64,000 nucleotides of DNA. Origin: Mizuhopecten yessoensis (lineage: Eukaryota). Below the pieces are notes generated by a model, which was not told the DNA's origin, did no database searches, and saw only the letters and a program-made list of their open reading frames with translations. Positions 1 to 10,904 of the stretch are shown here, piece by piece (positions within the stretch are counted from its first letter, which is position 1; the number at the start of each line of letters is the position of its first letter). The stretch lies in NCBI RefSeq assembly GCF_002113885.1, contig NW_018408465.1:3128060-3192059 (forward strand). Direction: 5' to 3'. The position numbers were made by a program, and so were the translations under genes.

Positions 1-1059
1 ACTGCACCTTTTGGTAGGATATATAGCCAAATTCAGCACTTTGTCTCCCCCGGCCAAGTACAGACAGGGGAGATAACTGCATCAACAGAGCACCACATCC
101 CCTGTCGTACGCTGGGCAACACCCTGAAGCGCTGTTTGTTCTGTCAATTGGGGCAAGTTAAAACCAAGTCTGGCTGGAGCCCGCTCACCAGGTTCCAGTG
201 TGCTAAATGTGGTGTGGCACTGTGTCTGGGTCAGAGGAGCAGAAAAAACTGCTTTCTTAACTACCATCGATACATCAGCGCTATGCCTATACCTGACACC
301 AGGGCGATGTCCGATGCCATGAGTCATTCCTTGTCTGATTTCACAAGTCGTTCCTTGTCTGATGCCAGGGGGATGACGGATGCCATGAGTCATTCCTTGT
401 CTGATGTCACAAGTCGCTCCTTGTCTGATGCCAGGGGGATGACAGATGCCATGAGTCGTTCCTTGTCTGATGCCAGGGGGATGACGGATGCCATGAGTCA
501 TTCCTTGTCTGATGTCACAAGTCTCTCCTTGTCTGATGCCAGGGGGATGACGGATGCCATGATTTGTTCCTTGTCTGATGCCAGGGGGATGACGGATGCC
601 ATGAGTCATTCCTTATCTGATGTCACAAGTCGCTCCTTGTCCTTGTCTGATGTCACAAGTCTTGCCATGAGTCATTCCTTATCTGATGTCACAAGTCGCT
701 CCTTGTCTGATGCCAGGGGGATGACGGATGCCATGAGTCTGGCAGGGTCACAAGCTATGAGCTTATCCTTTTCTGATACCAGGGGTCAGCATGTTTCAGA
801 GGCCAGGAGTCGCAGCATGTACACCCATCAAACTTTGGGAATGGCTATGAGTCACAGAATAACTTCCCAACATGGAAATGCTACCAGTGACATTGTGTCT
901 GTACATGAAGGGTGTACAGATGCCACAAGTAGTGCCGACCTGAAGTCGTCTTCTGGTGACAGTGCAGGTCAGAGTATGCTCTCACTGGGTATTCCAGGAG
1001 ATGCTGCGAGTCACAATGTGTATCCAGATCCCGCTCTTAGAGACGGAACAGATCACTAG
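1..1059 (+). CDS. Alternative terminal exon E1 (5' edge outside window): piggyBac-type Cys-rich zinc domain plus a long Ser/Asp/Met-rich repeat tail
   Basis: Frame 1 is open from base 1: ...EHHIPCRTLGNTLKRCLFCQLGQVKTKSGWSPLTRFQCAKCGVALCLGQRSRKNCFLNYH..., then SLSDARGMTDAMSHSLSDVTSR repeats, stop TAG at 1057-1059. Acceptor not visible. Confidence 0.8.
   Translation, partial: TAPFGRIYSQIQHFVSPGQVQTGEITASTEHHIPCRTLGNTLKRCLFCQLGQVKTKSGWSPLTRFQCAKCGVALCLGQRSRKNCFLNYHRYISAMPIPDTRAMSDAMSHSLSDFTSRSLSDARGMTDAMSHSLSDVTSRSLSDARGMTDAMSRSLSDARGMTDAMSHSLSDVTSLSLSDARGMTDAMICSLSDARGMTDAMSHSLSDVTSRSLSLSDVTSLAMSHSLSDVTSRSLSDARGMTDAMSLAGSQAMSLSFSDTRGQHVSEARSRSMYTHQTLGMAMSHRITSQHGNATSDIVSVHEGCTDATSSADLKSSSGDSAGQSMLSLGIPGDAASHNVYPDPALRDGTDH
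290..785 (+). repeat. In-frame coding minisatellite in E1 (about 42- and 24-bp subunits, about 66-bp higher unit)
   Basis: Repeated tccttgtctgatgccagggggatgacggatgccatgagtcat and tccttgtctgatgtcacaagtcgc; reading frame preserved throughout. Confidence 0.85.
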
Positions 1060-2054
1060 AGAACTACTAGTGACACGATGTGTAGTATCATTTGTGTAGA
1101 AGTAGAACTGTTTGTTGACAAGAGGACATCAAGGAACTGGTGACCACACATTTAAGAGAATGCTATAAATACTGAGGATGAACATGATAAGTAACAAAAC
1201 GTGACACTGCCAGGCTTTGTGCTCAAGGAAATTTGAACAGAAGTATTATGAAATTAAAGTAACTTGCATGTACAGTATCATAACACTTATTACTGAAACA
1301 CATTGTTACTTATTATCAATAGAAACTTTTAGTTGACACACAATACTGAATCATGAGTGTTCCTGTTCTTCACCATGACCATGAAATGACTACAGAAAAG
1401 TGTTTATATTAAAATTATTTGTTCAAAAGGAAAGTGTAAACTTTTAATTTGGCTTGTTGGCTGCATTGTAATAAGGACTGGTAGCGGATCAGCTGACTCA
1501 GGGTTGTCATAGGTAAATAAGTGTCATAGGTAAATAAGTGGAAATTTGCTTTGTGCACCTGTAACTGTTTCACATATAAAACATGTTTATGTAGGCACAT
1601 AGTAGGCATTATGTCGGGTACCAAAATAGGATCACCTTTGACCTTGACCTAAGTACCAGAATTGGAATGCCATTGACTTTTGACCTTGACCTCTAGTACT
1701 GAAATATAGGGTTACAGGCCAAAATCAAATGTGGTATTCATAAATACAATGGTATAATGATATAAACAGATATTGTGCACTGAAACCTCTATTTAGTATG
1801 GTTTTCATGTAAATAGAATGTTGGGTGCGATGGTTGGTATCCAGGAAACCTTCAAGTAAGTTAGGTCTAGTTTATGTAGATTTTCATTGTCACTGCTTGG
1901 TTTTGATTACTGCCGATTCAGTTATCTTAAATATACACAATTATGGAAATATTAAAAAAACATCAACAATATTAAGGTGTAAAATTGAATATTGGATAAT
2001 GTTCAGAGCATATAAAAAAGAACATCACTAATTCTTTGATACATGTTCACCTAG

Positions 2055-2254
2055 GGTTGAAGACGGGAGGTACACCGAGAAAACCTGCTCAGTTGCATTG
2101 GCCAACCAAACTGAAAAAACGGATATGCAAAGAATGTAAAAAGTCTGGCGTGAGAAGGGAGCCAAGCTCTGGGTGTGAAAAGTGTCATGTAAATCTATGT
2201 TTACCATGCTTCAAGCCGTATCATCATGCAGCATATCCGGAGCTGTTCCAGTGA
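2055..2254 (+). CDS. Alternative terminal exon E2: divergent piggyBac/PGBD-type Cys-rich domain lacking TKSGW
   Basis: Acceptor gttcacctag|GG (phase 1); LHWPTKLKKRICKECKKSGVRREPSSGCEKCHVNLCLPCFKPYH; no ATG between upstream in-frame stop (1997) and the domain; stop TGA 2252-2254. Confidence 0.75.
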
Positions 2255-2320
2255 CACTATAAAATGTACTTCTACAGTGATTAACGTAAGCTGTAATTTG
2301 ATTCAGTGATTGTATTACAT

Positions 2321-2411
2321 TTAACTCGTTCACCCCTGAAGACGCATTTGAACTCTTCCAATTCAATGGTTGAAATAGTTCACTGTGAAATTTCAGGGGT
2401 GAATGAGTTGA
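2321..2411. mobile_element. About 90-bp MITE family A (TTAA-flanked, TIR CTCRTTCACCCCTGAA)
   Basis: ttaa-ctcgttcacccctgaa...ttcaggggtgaatgag-ttga; homologous copies at 26637-26727 and (inverted) 28787-28877. Confidence 0.75.
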
Positions 2412-3157
2412 GGAAAGGAATTGTACCAACCAAAAGGTTTACATATGTGTCATAACCACCTAAGGGAAATGGTATATCTCCTCATTGCTTTATGCTTACA
2501 GTTGGATGTCTTATGTGATGTTGAATTTGTCTTATGCCTTATATTGACTTCCTGTCAAAAACACTTACACGTGTATGACACACCAAGCTGGTGTCAAGGT
2601 CAGCTGTTTTAGTGCAGAAACTTTACACATGTATGACACACCAAGCTGGTGTCAAGGTCAGCTGATTAAGTGCAGAAACTATCTGTGTAAACTTTGACCT
2701 GTCTGCATTGTTGAGTATATCCAATTATACAACAAAGTTATCATCACACTAAGTTGTAAGCTGATGATTGAGGTGGTGTACATACAAATATATAAAACGG
2801 TCCCTTGGAGTGGTTACTTATTAGTTTCTTGCCTGTACAGATTCGTAAAATATCGGAGGGAAAAATGCTGTAGCCTGTCTGTTTTGGTTAAGTAAATACA
2901 ATTATGTACAATATTGTCACAACAGAGACACTTTCCTCAGAGTTTTAAAATATTTTTCCCTGTAATCTGTCTGCTTTTTTGAGTAAACACAGGTACATGA
3001 AATATTTAAGGAACACAAAACTGTTTGTTAGAGTAAATACAGGTATATGCAATGTTGTCACAACAGAAACACTTACCTGTATTTTAAGTGTTGTTTTTTT
3101 TACCTGTAACCTGTCTGCTTTGGTTGAGTATTACAGGTATTTTTTTGCTCTTTGCAG

Positions 3158-3468
3158 GTAGTCTGATGCCATTAAGTCAGTGCTCAGTTAAGCTCCTTCA
3201 TCAAACAATCAATTCAGAAGCTCCTGATTTTGGGGATCACACTCTAGTACGACTGGAGAACAACAAAAAGATTCGCTGTGCATTGTGTCTAGCTAATAAA
3301 CATACGACAAAGTCTGGCTGGGACCTGTTTACTAAGTTTAAATGTTCAAAATGCCAAATTCCCCTGTGTACTCTTGTTTATGGAGGCAAGAGAGATAAGA
3401 GGAACTGCTTCGATATTTACCATAGACAATTGATGGGCATGCCCGTTGCACCAGAAAAACCATGGTAA
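3158..3468 (+). CDS. Alternative terminal exon E3: piggyBac-type Cys-rich domain
   Basis: Acceptor ttttttgctctttgcag|GT (phase 1); DHTLVRLENNKKIRCALCLANKHTTKSGWDLFTKFKCSKCQIPLC...NCFDIYH; stop TAA; AATAAA at 3512. Confidence 0.85.
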
Positions 3469-3744
3469 CAAGATTTTAAACAGTTGCTTTTGTGTAATAG
3501 AGACAATCCTGAATAAATTATATTCACTGAATGAGAATGAGAATGAAAACATGCACAAATGAAGGTGTTGAAGCACCATGAACTACACAACATTACCAAT
3601 ACAAAAATGTCCTTGTTGCTTTTAGTTGGAAAGATAAAAAAAAATGTGGATAGTAATTTGTACAGCAGGAACACCGTCCAGATTGTTATCATGAGGATAG
3701 TTAAAACAATTTGTATGTATGGTATTCAATGTAGGTTCTGGTGG

Positions 3745-4500
3745 TAGGTTATCTATTGTGTACACCAGGCTTGGAGTACCCTTGCTGGTGGAATGCGCCT
3801 AGCACCTTATCATAGGTTATTGTTTGTGTAAACCAGGCTTGGGAGTACCCATACTGGTGGAATGCGCCTAGCAGCTTATCATAGGTTATTGTTTGTGTAC
3901 ACCAGGCTTGGAGTACCCTTGCTGGTGGAATGAGCCTAGCACCTTATCATAGGTTATTGTTTGTTTAAACCAGGCTTGGGAGGACCCGTGCGGGTGGAAT
4001 ACGCCTAGCTCCCTATCATTGGTTATTGTTGGTGTACATCCGGCTTGGGAGTACCCTTACTGGTGAAATGCGCCTAGCACCTTATCATAGGTTATTGTTT
4101 GTGTATACCAGGCTTGGAAGTACCCGTACTGGTGGAATACGCCTAGCACCCTATCATAGGTTATTGTTGGTGTACACCAGGCTTGGGAGTACCCTTACTG
4201 GTGGAATGCGCCTAGCACCTTATCATAGGTTATTGTTTGTGTATACCAGGCTTGGGAGTACCCGTACTGGTGGAATGCGCCTAGCACCCTATCATAGGTT
4301 ATTGTTTGTGTACACAAGGCTTGACTGGTGGAATGCCACTAGTGCCCTAACATAGTCGGGTTATTGATTGTGTACGCCAGGCTTGGAGTACCTTGACTGC
4401 TGGAATGACTTTAATGCCCTAACATAGTCAGGTTATTTAATGTGTACGTGGCTGGTGGAATGGTTCTAGTGCCCTTACATAGTCAGGTTATTGATTGGAG
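3745..4500. repeat. Minisatellite, about 62-63-bp unit
   Basis: Repeated tacaccaggcttgggagtacccgtactggtggaatgcgcctagcaccttatcataggttattgtttgtg. Confidence 0.9.
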
Positions 4501-5330
4501 GAGAAAATTGCCTTTATTCGTGGAAGGCCGCCAAGTCTGGGTGATAATGATTCATGGCATAGTAGAGACTGTACAGGTGAAAATTGAGTATTTATTACAC
4601 CACACAAATATAAGGCGATTGTTTTCAGCAGGCTTTATTGTCATTTCTTGCTAGCTAGGCTTATGGTTCTGTGGTCTATATAACAACTTAACTTTATATA
4701 TAGGTGCTTGTAGAGAAATCAATTTCAGGGTGCTCAATTTTTATATTTCGTTTGTCAGTTGATACAAGCAAATAAGGCTATTTATATAAAATCAATATCC
4801 TCCTATGTTATGAAATATATTCCATACTGGTACCGATTGCAGCAGATGTCTGGAATTGATCCTGAATGATAAACATGGATGAATTATTTTTTTTTCACTT
4901 CAGGGCATATTTTGAGGCCATTTATGGGTAAAATTTCAGCCCCATTTCTAATGGAAAATTGTGCAATTTTCCCCCAAAATCTTTTCAAAGTTTTCAAATA
5001 TGAAGTGTTATTTTTTAGCTTGTATTCAGATGACAGTCCAGCATTTTACATGAAAAATGAGATAAAATAAAAATCATTGTTTGGTATGCAATTTTCCCTG
5101 TTTAAAAGCCACAGGTGCCATTGCCTATTAAAGGGGGTGGGGATGTACTGGTCATGACCAGGTTCAGGGATAACAGCATGTCTGTCCTATTGATAATGAC
5201 AGATATGTTTGTGTCCTTGTGGATGACTACCTCCTATGTCTGTGTCCGTGTATATGTAGTTTCCTTACCGTTTTGGTGTCATAGTGGTTTTAGTACATAA
5301 TTTAACAGGTATTTTTTTGGTTCTTTGCAG

Positions 5331-5737
5331 GTAGAGAGATGGCGTTAGGTCAGTACTCCTTTCAGGCCCTTCATCAATCTATGTATTCAGAGGCTACCGA
5401 TTTTGGGGATCATACTATCATACGAACAGAGGGCAACAAAAACATACGCTGTGTGCTGTGTCAGGCTAATAAAAGTACCACAAAGTCCGGCTGGGACTCG
5501 TTCACCAAGTTCAAATGTTTGAAATGTCAGATTCCCTTGTGTACCACCGTATATGGAGGTAGGAAGAGAAAGAACTGTTTTGATATTTATCACCGACAGT
5601 TGATGGGGATGCCCCCTATGACCCCTGCTCCCAATGTGCCCCAGCAACCATGGCAACAATTGGCTTGGCAACAAGAATCCGGGCTAGATGTGTCGGCCTC
5701 TGTGGTGTATGATGCTAATAGACCTAACCCGAAATAG
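5331..5737 (+). CDS. Alternative terminal exon E4: piggyBac-type Cys-rich domain (close paralogue of E3)
   Basis: Acceptor tttttttggttctttgcag|GT (phase 1); DFGDHTIIRTEGNKNIRCVLCQANKSTTKSGWDSFTKFKCLKCQIPLC...NCFDIYHRQLMGMP; stop TAG. Confidence 0.85.
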
Positions 5738-6978
5738 TCATTTCATACTTTCGGAGTGTGTTGGTGTCTATATATGTTGTTCATTAAGTGTTTTTGTAGT
5801 TTGGACATGCCTGTATAACTTTTCTTATGTTTTTCTGTCCATTGATGATCTTCAGAAGTGTTTATTCAGGAGAGAGAGAGAATGCATGGTCTAGGGGAAT
5901 GCCCCCGAGATTCAGAAACTGACTGTAATTCTGATCGTTATCACATATTCCATGGTTACTTGATGTGCGAGGGATTTGTGACTGTATAATTGTAATTGAA
6001 GTGTAAATAGTGTCGCCACCTATAAACAGAGTGGTCATTTTGTTTTGTGGGATACAGAGGGTGTTGTTTGTATAGAAATAAAATGTAACTTCGACTTGTT
6101 CCAACACAATTGCAATCACTGGTGAAAAATGGCATGACTACCATCACTGTGTAACGCAAGTATATCCTGAAACAGTCGTAGATGTTGGATGTGTATTTGT
6201 ATACATGAACGTTACTGTCACATCCAAATGTTAATAAGATTACCAGGGCAATGTCACCTAGCTAACACCATGTAAATAACTAAAATTAACATGAGTAGTA
6301 TCTTGTTTTTGTCATAATTTCATAATTTCAATAAAATATTCATTGCTACAAAATGTTTGTTAGTATTTTTTTTTGTAGCATTTCAGAATATGAGAATTCT
6401 GTGTCTTTAAGTTATGTACTTGTTTTCTTGCTTAAAGGGGAATAACTCTTGTTCATTAACAAATAGTCTGCTCTGCTTTCTCATTACAAGGGGCATAACT
6501 CTTATTGATTCCCATGTTTCATTGAGAAACATCTCTCGAAGGTGTTTATATTTCGATAACCTTATTTTTACTGCACATAAGGTTCTTGTGGTTGAGTGTC
6601 TGAGGCATTAGGTTTTCATATTTAAATCCACTCAATTCCAATAAATCTTAAAGAAAGCCAATAAGGTGTTGTTTACAAGGATGTATCAAATTTACATGAA
6701 ATTATTAACTGCTATATAAACTAAACAAATGCATATACTCTACAAGCATGATCGCTATGGTGATGAAGGAGGTTGGAAGGTGCACATTTTTTCTGTTTAA
6801 TGATGTCTTTTAGGCCGTTTTGCAATAAATCAATCTGTTTTTTTAATCTTAAGAAATGAAGGCATATATTAGTCTGATACTTTAAGATTGAAATGGGTAG
6901 TCCAAACACGAAACAAAAGCTAGCCATGTTACACAGTTGTACAATACTGTACTGACTCTATTTTCTGGATTTTTGCAG

Positions 6979-7409
6979 GCCCCTTTACTCGTCTGGGTGT
7001 GCCTGAACGTATGTCCCTACCCGGGGAACTCCAGATGCTACCTGGGTTTGCTAGGGCCTTTCCAATCCTACCAGGGTTATCGGGGGATGTTCTAAAGCAG
7101 CCCGATTTTTCGGGTGAATTCCAGACCCCACACATGATTGGAGTCCGAGAGGAACATGTGCCGGTTCGTGTGGAGGACAATAAGAAAGTGCGCTGTGTTC
7201 TGTGTCAGCTCAATAACCGCACGACCCAAGCGGGATGGGCCATCTTCAGTAAATACAGATGTGCCAAATGCCATGCAGCACTGTGTATTCTCACACCCCG
7301 CAGTAAAAGGATGCGCAATTGTTTCGACACATATCATGACCAGTTATTCGGGACTGACCCTGATAGGAGCAGAAACACCTGTACCTATGGGGTTCTGGGT
7401 GATCAATAA
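6979..7409 (+). CDS. Alternative terminal exon E5: Pro-rich linker plus piggyBac-type Cys-rich domain
   Basis: Acceptor ttttctggatttttgcag|GC (phase 1); EHVPVRVEDNKKVRCVLCQLNNRTTQAGWAIFSKYRCAKCHAALC...NCFDTYH; stop TAA. Confidence 0.85.
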
Positions 7410-8965
7410 GTTTTACACTGAAACGGAAGTAGTCGTCAAGTTCGAGAAGAGTTGTCTATTTGCTATGAAGCACAAGGGCTGATTGGACATGTAAAGATTG
7501 ATGTTGGTCACAGCACATATCTCTTGATGTTGTGTGTCATGTTATTGTTGTGTGTTATTTGTTGAAGACAAATTATGATACAACAGCGCCAAATTGGACA
7601 TTTACAGAATCTTCTGTGAAAATGAACATGACTATTAGTAGAAAGTTTAAATGTGTGTCCTGGGTTTTGTAACGTGTTAATCCCAACTTATAATGTAGAT
7701 CTAGCTCAATGAAGATGGCTTCAGCTACATGGAAATGTTCCATGTGAATTGCTTGGGAACTGGCAGCAGAGCATAACCTTAAAAAATAAACTCATAACAA
7801 AAACATACAAAACTACAAATTGTTCACCATGTAGAGCAAAAACGTGTTTTAGGTTAACATAATTATTATTATATCAAGCAACATGACGTAAGATGGGGTT
7901 AACTGTTATTGGTTATTGTTACAAAGCCTTGTTGAACTCTGGGTTTACTTGGAAGTCTAAACAGAATCAGAACCTTGATGTACACTTTTTTCCCCCCCGA
8001 GAGTGACTGACAACCATACTTTTCAGTGATATGGCTGTACCAGTGGTACCCTAGGTATTTTGGTATGAGGTATACCTGTATGTATTGTACATTAGATAAT
8101 TTGTATTGGTCAGAGCCCATACTTACATTGCGTCTCTTCTAATCTTTTTACGTGTGCCGTATGTTTATTAGAATTTGATTTAAAGAAAGTTGTAGGAAAG
8201 GTTAGTAACATAAAAATTGTTCGCGCTCTTGAGTCGTCGAGGTGTAGTGGCAAAGTATGACTAGAGGCTACAGGTAAATCACAGGCTATTAATGCGTCAA
8301 GAAGCTATGTATGAATTTGACCATGGACTTGTGAAATGCTGTTTTGGAGCTTTATTACTACATGGGGGAAATTCGGATAACCGAAAAACCAAGCCTTTGT
8401 CAAAGGTTCGTAAATGACTGCCAAACACAATTGTATAGAAAATTTAAAAATAAAATAAAATGGTTATAAAAGCATTGAGCAGAGAGAACCCTGGGTGTAG
8501 CCAGCGTTTAAATGTATCCAGTGTCAAAAACCCACATCCACATCGCACATATACCTTGATTTTTACATGAAGAACATACTTTGACGCAGTATACAGATAC
8601 CTGGAGGCCATGTGAGGATACAAAGGCGTGATAGCTGATGAATAATGTATCGTGTTTGCTTATATATGTGTCCACTATCATTTGATCATGATTTTCCAAC
8701 TTTTCCATGCGGGAAAAGTGTCTATTACGATGACTATTTTTCAGAACTTCAGTTAGTGTTGGAAATTTTTCCAAATTGCTTAGCGCTGATTAGGTAAAAA
8801 CCAATAGACTGTTTTGGACAAAGATACTGAACACGTAGCTAGCTGGTCATGACACAACTGTAACGCACTTAAAGCATGTTCGTATGTGTAAGGGTTATTT
8901 ATATGTATATATGGGTGACGGATGTAGGATGTCTTAACTGACCGGCCATCTTTTTCCCATTTCAG

Positions 8966-9279
8966 ACTCTGGGTACATGCCTAACAGGGACCCTGACTAT
9001 CTAAACCTTATGCAATGTTACAGCAGTCTGGCCATGCAACACCGACCCATCCGCAACGAGGGCTACAAGTACAAATGTTGTGTCCTCTGTCAGATGAACA
9101 AGGTCAAAACAAGGTCGGGATGGCGCGTGTACACGCATTTCAAATGTGAACGATGCAATGTGCCCCTTTGTGTTCGGGAGAGGAACTGTTTCCTGGAATA
9201 TCATAACATGATGTTCAATGACAGGAAGCAGGAAAGTTCCCACATACCACTTCCTCCATGGAAAATCAACAACTCCTAG
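8966..9279 (+). CDS. Alternative terminal exon E6: piggyBac-type Cys-rich domain
   Basis: Acceptor ctttttcccatttcag|AC (phase 1); QHRPIRNEGYKYKCCVLCQMNKVKTRSGWRVYTHFKCERCNVPLCVRERNCFLEYH; stop TAG. Confidence 0.85.
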
Positions 9280-10632
9280 GCTGGTTCTAATACCAGGTCG
9301 TAACTCCTGGGCTGACTCTAGTTCCAGGGTCCTTGCCTCTGCTCCATTTTCAGTGGGACATCGAACTAACAATACCACCGTGTAGGTGACCTTTGTCTCC
9401 TGTGATTGAACTAAAAAAAAATACTGCCATTTAGGTGACCTTTGATCCCTATGACAATCAAGATATATTGCGGGAAACTTGGTATACAGATTCTTTATAT
9501 GTATAGTTATAGAATAGTTTTTGAATTGTCGGCATGCCAATGGAATATGCACCTACTGGTTGAGAAATTCTTTTGAAAAATGCATTATAAAGACTCTGAA
9601 TGTTTATTTCAAACCTTGGAGTTAAGTAACCAGATATGTGTGATGCTTGACCTGGTACCCGTATGGGTGATGATACTGTATCCATTTACAAGGCTACCGG
9701 CCTAGCTTTTGTATCCTTACCAACCCGTCTGTTCGAGCAGAAGTTTATGGTGAAGACACTGATGCCCAGGTGTTTACTGTCGTATTCAGCGGGAGATTGT
9801 TGGTGAAAGTACACTTGTATATGTTCGTAGCTGTTGGTGAAAGTACACTTGTATATGTTCGTAGCTGTTGGTGAACGTACACTTGTATATGTTCGTAGGA
9901 TCTATCTCTTGTTTACCAATTAATTTAGAAAGTTCCTACTTTTCACCATCTTAGATTTTACCACAGGTGATACCAGAGTATGGCTACATATGAAATAAGC
10001 ATTGTGTAAATATACTCCAGACATAATTCTTGACACCCAATGAGTTCCTACCTTGATTTCAAATTGATCAGATCACGATAGTACTACTGCGATACTGTCT
10101 TTACTCAAGATTTTTATGATTTTACCATTAAAAGTTTAATTTTTAGCTTTTTTTATTTCCCTTTTCTCCTTCATTTGTATTGATTCCTGCTCATGGTAAT
10201 TGAAAACGTCTCCTTAGCAACACTGTAGACTGTTTGGGACAATAACATGGAGAACAAGCTACCTTGACAAGGACATGTGTCACGTTTGTCTGGTACGAAA
10301 TGTTGTATATGGTTTTTATTCAATCAGGTGCTTGGATCAGCTTGACTTGATTTGTTTTCTATTATAATTGATGATTGTCTCATCACAAGTATAGTTTAGT
10401 TGTAAATAATTCTATTGGTTTTTCTGTAGAGTGGAGCCACGACCACACATCAATAAAACGCACACGGACAGCAAATGGTAGCATGCCGAATTACTTTGTA
10501 TTATATTCTCTTCTTACCTACAGTAAAATGAAAGATGTTGCACTCAAGTGTAAAACTATTTTAATTATTAAAAGGTATAGACAATCTTACAAATCCAAGC
10601 AACAAAAATAAAATGTGCTTGTTTATTTTCAG

Positions 10633-10904
10633 ACTGGACTGGTGACTGGCTTGGTAGGCCTGCCATGGACATAGATAGCATACCGGTATCGAATCACAGG
10701 CCGGTCAAAATAGAATCTAACAAAATTCGTCTGTGTATTTACTGCCGTCACAATAGAACGAAAACAAAGTCGGGGTGGAAGGTGTATACGTCATACCGGT
10801 GTGACACCTGTCAGCTCGCGCTGTGTACCACTAGAGAACGCGACTGCTTTCACATCTACCACAGAGCTTTACTTCAGTCTAAGAACAAACTGTTGCAGCA
10901 ATGA
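10633..10904 (+). CDS. Alternative terminal exon E7: piggyBac-type Cys-rich domain
   Basis: Acceptor cttgtttattttcag|AC (phase 1); NHRPVKIESNKIRLCIYCRHNRTKTKSGWKVYTSYRCDTCQLALCTTRERDCFHIYH; stop TGA; AATAAA at 11223. Confidence 0.85.

Noticed and set aside
82-609. Antisense ORFs overlapping cassettes (also 5387-5674, 9001-9552, 25798-26031 and others)
   Set aside because: Shadows of the GC-richer + strand exons, with no recognisable motifs.
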